Positions 56,485-63,719 of a stretch of 64,000 bases of DNA are shown one piece after another. This DNA comes from Escherichia phage cardinal. The translations under genes were made by a program, and so were the position numbers. The stretch lies in the sequence record PQ567651.1; one strand, 5' to 3'. The notes beneath the pieces are model-generated. The model did no database searches. It saw only the letters and a list, made by a program, of their open reading frames with translations, and had not been told where the DNA came from. The stretch's first letter is position 1; the number at the start of each line of letters is the position of its first letter.

Positions 56485-56503
56485 GAATATTTTTTAGATA
56501 ATT

Positions 56504-56785
56504 TTAACTATATGATCCACATTGTTCGCAGTAGTGATCATCGTCGCCATCAGCTACCTGGCTGATAAAGTGATCTACTTTTGCTTTTAGGTTATTATAA
56601 TTGTTTTCTACTTCCTTTAATCGCTCCTGATAGTAGCCCAGGGCTTTAATATACGCCGCCTCTTCTGTTTTTTCACGCATGGCTAAATTCATGCCGCGCG
56701 TATCATCATACAGCCAAAAGCCATCGGTACATTCACTCATTGAAAGGGTAGGGCTTAACTCTTTATGATTAATTACCTTGCTCAT
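56504..56785 (-). CDS. hypothetical protein
   Basis: track ORF, internal ATG start; C-terminal CEQCG. Confidence 0.45.
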   Translation of the reverse strand: MSKVINHKELSPTLSMSECTDGFWLYDDTRGMNLAMREKTEEAAYIKALGYYQERLKEVENNYNNLKAKVDHFISQVADGDDDHYCEQCGSYS

Positions 56786-56796
56786 AGTGTGCGCCT

Positions 56797-56901
56797 TATA
56801 GAATGATTGAAACAACAATTGCTACAGTGATCCACACTGGAACGGCTAACAAAATAGCGTTAATCGTTCCAACCGTCAAGCTGTTTTCTTTCTTGATCAT
56901 C
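56797..56901 (-). CDS. small membrane peptide
   Basis: 34 aa hydrophobic ORF with AAAAGG RBS. Confidence 0.3.
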
Positions 56902-57169
56902 GTTATCAACCTTTTATAAGTAATGTTATTGTGACGGTGGATTGTGGAGATCCTCACCTTTGCCCGTCCTGCATTGCGCCCTCCTTTTGTTTATTGTCGT
57001 TGTGCCTCGCCCCCCTCGACAAGATGAATAATACGCTACCAGGTGAGGAACGTCAACCCCTTTTTTAATCTTTTTTTCATTTCTTTTTTTTGCTTGCTAT
57101 CTATAAAGGAAAGGGCTATTATCTTTCTACCACGCCAACCAGGGCGCACATCAAAGAAAGGGCGATACC

Positions 57170-57436
57170 ATGACAAATACTACTTTACACCTCATGCACT
57201 CATTAGGCTGGCAAGGCGGCACGGTGCACCAGGTAGCAAGCGCAACGGGCTTAAAGGTTGAAACCGTTCTCAACCTGGGCGATCATAAGGTGGAAGAAAT
57301 AGATCATTTTGATACGTTCGCAAATGGTTATCTATGGGCTTGCAGTGGCGGCGGGGAAAGCAAGATCCCACCAGGGGCGCGGGGTGATATATATTTTTGG
57401 TTAGGTGTCCTATCCTGGCAAGAAAACAAAAAATAA
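57170..57436 (+). CDS. hypothetical protein
   Basis: track ORF. Confidence 0.5.
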   Translation: MTNTTLHLMHSLGWQGGTVHQVASATGLKVETVLNLGDHKVEEIDHFDTFANGYLWACSGGGESKIPPGARGDIYFWLGVLSWQENKK

Positions 57437-57438
57437 TA

Positions 57439-57467
57439 TTGACAAGCCCAGGGATCGGGCTTATACT
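57439..57467 (+). promoter_or_regulatory. sigma70-like promoter TTGACA-17-TATACT with palindromic spacer
   Basis: TTGACAagcccagggatcgggctTATACT. Confidence 0.5.
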
Positions 57468-57586
57468 GTTTTACATACAGAAGAGGAAGCGCCACCCCCA
57501 CGGCGTAAAGGCGGGGCTAACATACCAGGGCACTACTGGTTGGAAGGTTGATCGCTGGTACAACGTATTTACAAAGGAGGTTAGCA

Positions 57587-58180
57587 ATGAAAAAAGTTTT
57601 TGGAGTAGGCATTAACGATAGTGCAAAGCCGATCAAAGGTTGTCGATTCTATGCAACATGGCGCAACATGTTACAACGTTGTTATAGTGAATCATATCAG
57701 GACAAAAGGCCATCTTATAAAGGTTGTAGTGTTTGTGATGAATGGTTGACGTTTAGCACTTTTCGTGCTTGGATGGAACAGCAGGATCACCAGGGAAAAC
57801 AATTAGATAAAGATATAATAACACCGGGTAATAAACTCTATTGTCCTGATCGTTGCGTATTTGTAACGCAAGAAATGAATAGTTTGTTAACAGTTACAAA
57901 GAGTAACAAAGGGGATCATCCTTTGGGTGTTTCATTTTTGAATCATAAACCATTGCCGCGCCCTTATTTAGCAACAATACGTTATAATAACGTAGTGGAA
58001 AGATTAGGGTACTATGTAGATCCTTTATCCGCTCATTTGGCCTGGAATAGGCGCAAACGTGAAATAATCATAGAGATTATTAGTAATGAAACGGATTCAA
58101 GGATCGCCGCTGGCTTGGCTTTACGTGTTGACGCTCTCGATCTGGCTTATGAAAATAAAGCGGAAATAACTTGCTTATGA
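57587..58180 (+). CDS. putative homing-endonuclease-like DNA-binding protein
   Basis: ATG after AAGGAGG; N-terminal FYATWRNMLQRCYSESY...GCSVCDEW motif and AP2-like GVSF...RLGYY segment. Confidence 0.4.
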   Translation: MKKVFGVGINDSAKPIKGCRFYATWRNMLQRCYSESYQDKRPSYKGCSVCDEWLTFSTFRAWMEQQDHQGKQLDKDIITPGNKLYCPDRCVFVTQEMNSLLTVTKSNKGDHPLGVSFLNHKPLPRPYLATIRYNNVVERLGYYVDPLSAHLAWNRRKREIIIEIISNETDSRIAAGLALRVDALDLAYENKAEITCL

Positions 58181-58183
58181 CGC

Positions 58184-58212
58184 TTGACAAGCGCCCGACA
58201 AGGGCGCATAAT
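58184..58212 (+). promoter_or_regulatory. TTGACA + palindrome + CATAAT element at start of non-coding region
   Basis: cTTGACAagcgcccgacaagggcgCATAATc. Confidence 0.4.
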
Positions 58213-58436
58213 CTCTTACATAGACAGGAACGCCTACCAATGGCGCTAAACTTGGTGATGATAGCCGCAGGGCATCGACAGCTATAATCGCCGGTAGCTC
58301 GTCTAAAATAAATTTGTAAAGAAATGTAAAGATAAAAATAATCGCTTGCTTTTGTTGTTGGTTATGCTATTCTTATTGTATGGCGAGGGGACACGGGAGC
58401 GCGAGACAAACACCGCCCCTGCGCGTTATTTTCTAA

Positions 58437-58546
58437 ATGAGAAAATTCTCATTTGCTAATGATTCTCATTCTCTTACTGAGAATGATTATCACTTACATA
58501 ATTAAATGATAATGATTCTCATTTACAAATGAGAATGATTATCATA
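58437..58546. promoter_or_regulatory. cluster of Fur-box-like palindromes
   Basis: repeated aatgattctcatt / gagaatgattatcat units. Confidence 0.4.
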
Positions 58547-58569
58547 CGCATACCTATAAAAACACGAAA

Positions 58570-58766
58570 TTGAACTTTTCATTTTTGATTTTTCTACGGA
58601 AAAAGGCAAAAAAACTTTAAATAAACTGGGGAATTTTTAAAAAATTGAAGTTTTCATTTTCAAAATCTGGATAGAAATACGTACAAAAACTTTAAATAAT
58701 TTTGACCAAACTTGAACTTTTCATTTTCAAAATTTGTACCCAAAAATCTGTAAAAACTTTAAATAA
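58570..58766. repeat. 3 direct repeats of ~55-bp unit TTGAACttttcattttcaaaat...aaaaactttaaataa
   Basis: three similar units at about 70-bp period. Confidence 0.7.
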
Positions 58767-59082
58767 TTTTGTACTTTTTATAAAAATGATTTTACTGTTC
58801 TGTTATAAGTAGTAGTTAAGAGATAGTATGCCTTTTAAAGATCAGATACCATAGTCAAACAAACAAATTAAATACTTTATTAACAGAGTACAGAATAATA
58901 TTTACTCTGGATATATTATTCAGAGGGTGGATTTCCGTACATGAAACCCACACCCCTTTTTATAAAAATAAAAATTTTCAAAATATCAGTAAATATCAGA
59001 TTGTGCTTTTAGATAAACAGCAAGGTCTGTATGCCATTTTCCTAAAAGATTTTGTCCTTTCCAACAGTCCTTATTTTCCACA

Positions 59083-59538
59083 TCACGATCCCACATTCCC
59101 ATTTTTGATACCATAAATAGAATCATAAGGGCTTGCCTCTACGAACTCCTTATCTGCGTAAGCGATAAGTTTATTTTTGAGATCTTCATTTTGTGTGTAT
59201 TTAAGATACAAACCACGTTTGACAATCTTCTCCCGTAAAGAAGTCCAGGTATCTTCATCATAATCTTTAACTAATCTGCCTAGACGTTTATAATATGCTT
59301 GTTCTTTTTCTCCTGTATATCTTAGATCTCCGGTTAAAATAGAAGATGCAATATTGTAATCATAAAACAAACATGCTTTTCTCCACATCATATATTGTTC
59401 CACACAAGTAAATTCGACAGAACTTGTGATAGAATTATTATACTTGGGAGCTAAAGGTTCAATAAAAGATGATAGATACCAGTTGCTAAATTCATCTTTT
59501 GCCGAGAAAAAGAACACATACTTGTCAGTAATCCGCAT
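59083..59538 (-). CDS. NADAR (YbiA-like, DUF1768) domain protein; C-terminus apparently frameshifted
   Basis: FTCVEQYMMWRKACLF, RLGRLVKDYDEDTW, EFVEASPYDSIYGI match NADAR; conserved C-terminal WKGQNLLG lies in +1 frame. Confidence 0.6.
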   Translation of the reverse strand: MRITDKYVFFFSAKDEFSNWYLSSFIEPLAPKYNNSITSSVEFTCVEQYMMWRKACLFYDYNIASSILTGDLRYTGEKEQAYYKRLGRLVKDYDEDTWTSLREKIVKRGLYLKYTQNEDLKNKLIAYADKEFVEASPYDSIYGIKNGNVGS

Positions 59539-60936
59539 TTACACCTCCTTATTGTATACTAATTTGCCACCATATTGTGTAACAATTTTTTGAAGATTTT
59601 CCAAATCAGAAACACTTACTGTTTCTGTATGACCATCTTTCAACTCTCTTGCCGTTAAAATACCAGTTTTTAATTTTTTCTTTATAGCTCTTTCAGCAGC
59701 CTTACATTGTTTCACTGTGCTAAAATCATATAAACAAATACGCTCCATAGGAAACATATTACAGCTATTTTGACGTTTTAATCGACTATCACTATTTTTA
59801 GCTATACCAAACTTAAGAGCAACTATAATATTATCATCCTTAACAATATTAATATATAACTGCTGCTGACTATGACCAGCACACATAGGACAACCTCGAC
59901 CGTGGCTTAATAAGGCATTAGCCCTCCCTGTCTGTTCCCCATGCACAAGACAAAGATATTTAAACTTACCGTGACTTCTAGACGGTTTACCGATCCAACC
60001 TACCCAGACATACCCTTTCCCTTCTACTTCCTTTTTTACCCTGTAGGTAATCTGATTTTCTGTATAGTGATAACTAGTTGCACAGCGGCAAGGGATACTT
60101 CCTTGTTTTAGGGGCCACCCTTTAGAGTAAAATTTACCATCGCAAACACCTGCTTGAACATATTCATCATGGGAGCAAACAGGACACTCAACCATCCATA
60201 CTGCATCACGCTTGTTACGTTTCCCTGTATTGGTGAAGATAGTGCCTTCCTTAAATTTCCCTGTAGAAAAGAAATCTGCAATATGTTGATCGTCGGACAT
60301 TGTTAGTGCCTTCCTTGTATTCTCATACCTACATAAAGGACAACCATAACCACGTTTAAAATTGTTAATACTTGTAGTATCCCATTTATAACCACAGTGA
60401 CACAACAAATCAAGTTTTGTTTTATGTCCTTTCCATTTTCCAACGTACCCTAACACCTGATACCCCTTCTTCTGTGCTATCTCTTCCAAGATCGGTAATT
60501 CTGTTTCCCATGCTAACGGTTTATTACTTGCACATGCCGGACAACCACGTCCATTCCTAAAATCAATAATGTTTGTGGTGTTCCACTCTCCATGTTTAGG
60601 GCAAATTATGCGAATTTTTGTTCGCACACCTCGCCACTCCTCGGCAAGACCTATAAAAGTAAACCCTCTTTCTTTAGCAATATCAACAAGGGAGATACAT
60701 TCCTTTTCTTCTGTTACTTTTCTATGACCATTGCAATCGGAGCAACATTTACCGCCTTTAGTTTTAAATACATTGATTATGGTACTTTCCCACTCTCCAT
60801 GATCAGAGCAAGATAGCTTAAGCCTAGTCCTGCTACCTTTCCATTCACCAACATAACCCAAGATTTGAATATTGTGATTTTTAGCAAGGGGTATTAATTC
60901 TTCTTTATATTGTTCCCATGATTTTAGTGCTACCAT
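59539..60936 (-). CDS. protein with five N-terminal Cys-rich (zinc-ribbon-like) repeats and C-terminal T5orf172/GIY-YIG-like domain
   Basis: repeats of LGYVGEWKG..TKL.L.C..HGEW.TT.IN.F..G.GCP.C; C-terminal LYINIV...FGIAKNSDSRLKRQ. Confidence 0.5.
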   Translation of the reverse strand: MVALKSWEQYKEELIPLAKNHNIQILGYVGEWKGSRTRLKLSCSDHGEWESTIINVFKTKGGKCCSDCNGHRKVTEEKECISLVDIAKERGFTFIGLAEEWRGVRTKIRIICPKHGEWNTTNIIDFRNGRGCPACASNKPLAWETELPILEEIAQKKGYQVLGYVGKWKGHKTKLDLLCHCGYKWDTTSINNFKRGYGCPLCRYENTRKALTMSDDQHIADFFSTGKFKEGTIFTNTGKRNKRDAVWMVECPVCSHDEYVQAGVCDGKFYSKGWPLKQGSIPCRCATSYHYTENQITYRVKKEVEGKGYVWVGWIGKPSRSHGKFKYLCLVHGEQTGRANALLSHGRGCPMCAGHSQQQLYINIVKDDNIIVALKFGIAKNSDSRLKRQNSCNMFPMERICLYDFSTVKQCKAAERAIKKKLKTGILTARELKDGHTETVSVSDLENLQKIVTQYGGKLVYNKEV

Positions 60937-60973
60937 CTACTACTCCTTTTATTAAATCTGGCATCAATACAAG

Positions 60974-61000
60974 AAAACCCGCCGAAGCGGGTTTTTATTT
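60974..61000. terminator. terminator hairpin cccgc-cgaag-gcggg with A/T flanks
   Basis: caagaaaacccgccgaagcgggtttttattt; identical core at 35177. Confidence 0.6.
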
Positions 61001-61010
61001 GCTGGCTTAC

Positions 61011-62045
61011 TTAAAACACACTTGCCAAAGTTGCACCATTGGTGATAGTTGGTTCCAGAACAATACGGAAAGAATCTTCTGGATCATCACTAAACACAAC
61101 GATTTTACCGCCTGTAATAAGGTCTGCTTTCATTTTTGTCGCATTCAATGGAATTCGAGCATCTCCTTCATCATCAAAAACCACGTAAGAGCTATTAGCA
61201 AGGGCTTCTTTAGAGTCTGCATCACTTGGAGATGACAAGTACACGTCTAGTGTGCACGAACCACCTAAAAAGATTGCAGGTGTGAAGTTATGCCAACTAG
61301 ATACCCAGCTAACTTTCTGAAGTTTTCCATTAATAACAACGCTGCTGATATCCCATTTATTACCACCACCTAAAGAAACACCCATCATAGAGATGCATTC
61401 TTTAAAGGATAAATCAGGGTAGAAATTAAGTTCTTCTACTATACCTTGGATCACATCAAAGGACAACTCTAAACTTACATCCCAAAGTCTTTGGAAATTA
61501 TCAAAGTGTGCTTTGTTATCCAGGTTTTTATCTAAATAGTCAATCATAGTTTCTAGTGAGATTTTATCATAATTAAAATTATAAAACACACGACTAGGAC
61601 GATTTAAAAAGAATTCAGAGATAAAACCACTGTTTTTAGTCAGAATAAACAGTTTATTACCACTGCCAGTACCATCTAACAAAGTGAGAAGTGCTTCTTG
61701 ATCTTGTTTCTTCTCATACACTTTATCAAACTCGTCAAAAATAATCACTGCTTTGTCGGTGATCTTGCTAATAAGTTCAATGAAATTAGCATCGCTGTAG
61801 GCTTGAGTAACCATAATAGTTGGAATACCTTCTTCTACAAGGTCACGACTAATGAGTTTGGCTAACATAGTTTTACCACTGCCCTTAGTTCCTGTCAGGA
61901 GCAAACCTGTATTTTTACCTTGTGCACTCCGGCGATGGAATGTACGAATAACGTGATTTGCTCGTTTTTCTGTTTCACCATACAGAACATCCGGTACACC
62001 TGTTAGATTACCACGGCTTAAAAAAATAATTGCCAAGGGGATCAC
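61011..62045 (-). CDS. AAA+/P-loop ATPase; N-terminus may extend to ATG near 62140 through a frameshift at an A7/T7 run
   Basis: Walker A GTKGSGKTML, Walker B VIIFDEFD; GTG start lacks RBS while upstream ATG has AAGGGG RBS in +1 frame. Confidence 0.6.
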   Translation of the reverse strand: MIPLAIIFLSRGNLTGVPDVLYGETEKRANHVIRTFHRRSAQGKNTGLLLTGTKGSGKTMLAKLISRDLVEEGIPTIMVTQAYSDANFIELISKITDKAVIIFDEFDKVYEKKQDQEALLTLLDGTGSGNKLFILTKNSGFISEFFLNRPSRVFYNFNYDKISLETMIDYLDKNLDNKAHFDNFQRLWDVSLELSFDVIQGIVEELNFYPDLSFKECISMMGVSLGGGNKWDISSVVINGKLQKVSWVSSWHNFTPAIFLGGSCTLDVYLSSPSDADSKEALANSSYVVFDDEGDARIPLNATKMKADLITGGKIVVFSDDPEDSFRIVLEPTITNGATLASVF

Positions 62046-62151
62046 GACTAACAGTATAGAATCCAGGTGGAAGATAGTTAGATTCCACGCCCATATCTTT
62101 ATTTACACTTACAATATCACCATAAATCGTGTATTTCATTTTAAACCCCTT

Positions 62152-62589
62152 TTATTTTTGTTGAGATGAACGAATTAAATCAGCAGCAAATTCAATCAGA
62201 TACACTTTTGGTGCAATAATGATTTTTAGCCAATCAAAATTCGAAAAGAAAATAACAAATCCTAAAAAGAAAAAGAAAGCACAGACAACAAGACCAACAA
62301 TAGGTAAAGCAGATACTTCACCATAGCGATCTCGTGACCACAGGCATTCTTTATCTTTAATTGCTTTTACGAGGTTCCGTACAGCAATAAAAGTAATAAA
62401 CATAAAGCAAATACTAAAAAGTTGCCATAAACCTGCGGATACTGCTTTCCACAATAACAATTGATGGATTACTTCTGGAATTTGTTGTTTTCCAAACTCC
62501 ACAACATCACTCATTGTTTGAATAGTGACGTTAACCATGTTCAGAAGTACATCCGTTGCTTTATCTGCGATTGCGTTTGTTTTACTCAT
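62152..62589 (-). CDS. hypothetical membrane protein
   Basis: two or three hydrophobic helices. Confidence 0.5.
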   Translation of the reverse strand: MSKTNAIADKATDVLLNMVNVTIQTMSDVVEFGKQQIPEVIHQLLLWKAVSAGLWQLFSICFMFITFIAVRNLVKAIKDKECLWSRDRYGEVSALPIVGLVVCAFFFFLGFVIFFSNFDWLKIIIAPKVYLIEFAADLIRSSQQK

Positions 62590-62603
62590 TCTTTATTCCT
62601 CAC

Positions 62604-62778
62604 TTACCTTTTAAGGAAACCAATCATAATGAAGAACCACATCCAGGCAGGAGAGATAATAAAGCCAAAGAAACCGCAAATAACCGCTTTCTTAATCTCT
62701 TCCAGACAACCCACCAGGAAAAGACCGAGTGAGACTACAATCCAGATAGCCATAAATACTGTAACAAAGAAACTCATA
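62604..62778 (-). CDS. small membrane protein
   Basis: 58 aa hydrophobic ORF with GGGAGAAAGG RBS. Confidence 0.35.
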
Positions 62779-62797
62779 CCTTTCTCCCGTCTGTATT

Positions 62798-63049
62798 TTA
62801 AAATTCAACCACCACTTTATCGAGGTGCTCTGCTTCAACTTGATCTAATGTTAACACCTCAACTAAACCCTTGTCAATACCTAATTTAATAACATCAACA
62901 TATTGTCCAAACAGATCCTGAATAGATATCTTGTGTTCGACAACAACCACTACTTCATTCCCTTTTGTGAATTCTCTCCATACACGTCCACATTTGAAAA
63001 TAAAGTCTGCTTCATCTGCTGTTATCATTTTAGGTTTGATACTTAACAT
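62798..63049 (-). CDS. hypothetical protein
   Basis: track ORF. Confidence 0.5.
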   Translation of the reverse strand: MLSIKPKMITADEADFIFKCGRVWREFTKGNEVVVVVEHKISIQDLFGQYVDVIKLGIDKGLVEVLTLDQVEAEHLDKVVVEF

Positions 63050-63600
63050 TATAAAACTCCGTATTCCGGCTCAAAATCATATTTTTCACAAATCATGTCC
63101 CAGCGTTCGTTGCCGAAGCTGCGACCACAAATTGCATCGTAAGCATAATGCTCTGCTAACCATTTTACAACAGTGTCTACATCGTTATCAAGTGGTAATC
63201 TGAATTCTTTGCCATATCGCATACGAAGAACAAATTCATCCCCTTCTTCAAACAAGTGCATATGGCTTTTTGCATAAGAAGCCAAGTTGAAAAAAGATAC
63301 CTCTTCCCAGCATTCTTTTTCCACTGCAATCCCGTGATCAACAACTAAAGCACCGATAACGCGATACATAATAGGGCTAAACAGTGCGCTTGAGCTAGGC
63401 TGCTCTTCAACTACAGACCAACCTGTTCCCTGCCAAATTTCATTTTTGAACCATTGTTGCATGTCATTCCCTTTTTCATCTACAAGGGATCGGTTACGCA
63501 TTTCAAACCATTCTCCTTCGCAAAAGTATTTATGTTTAACACGTTTGCCTTTTAACATTGCTTCTTTGGCTTCTATCCAAGTCAGATCGGTGTTTTGCAT
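63049..63600 (-). CDS. DUF2829-like (Tad2-fold-like) N-terminal domain fused to unknown C-terminal domain
   Basis: ATG after GGAGATAAACGA; TWIEAKEAMLKGKRVKH...EIWQGTGWSVVEE resembles DUF2829 consensus. Confidence 0.4.
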   Translation of the reverse strand: MQNTDLTWIEAKEAMLKGKRVKHKYFCEGEWFEMRNRSLVDEKGNDMQQWFKNEIWQGTGWSVVEEQPSSSALFSPIMYRVIGALVVDHGIAVEKECWEEVSFFNLASYAKSHMHLFEEGDEFVLRMRYGKEFRLPLDNDVDTVVKWLAEHYAYDAICGRSFGNERWDMICEKYDFEPEYGVL

Positions 63601-63719
63601 TCGTTTATCTCCTCTCATTTGTGTATGCATTAAGATTAGCACAATAAAACAGTATGTCAATACTTGATCTGAAATTAATTTCTGGTATTCTGTGTGTATC
63701 GTAACAAAAGAGGTTAGAT

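Noticed and set aside
48830-56490. Repeated GC hairpins as a possible CRISPR array
   Set aside because: Repeats are imperfect, irregularly spaced by 300 to 1000 bp, separated by protein-coding genes and attached to promoter motifs.
58570-58766. The three ~55-bp direct repeats as tandem sigma70 promoters
   Set aside because: Each has a TTGAAC -35-like hexamer but no convincing -10 at 16 to 18 bp; kept as repeats of unknown function.
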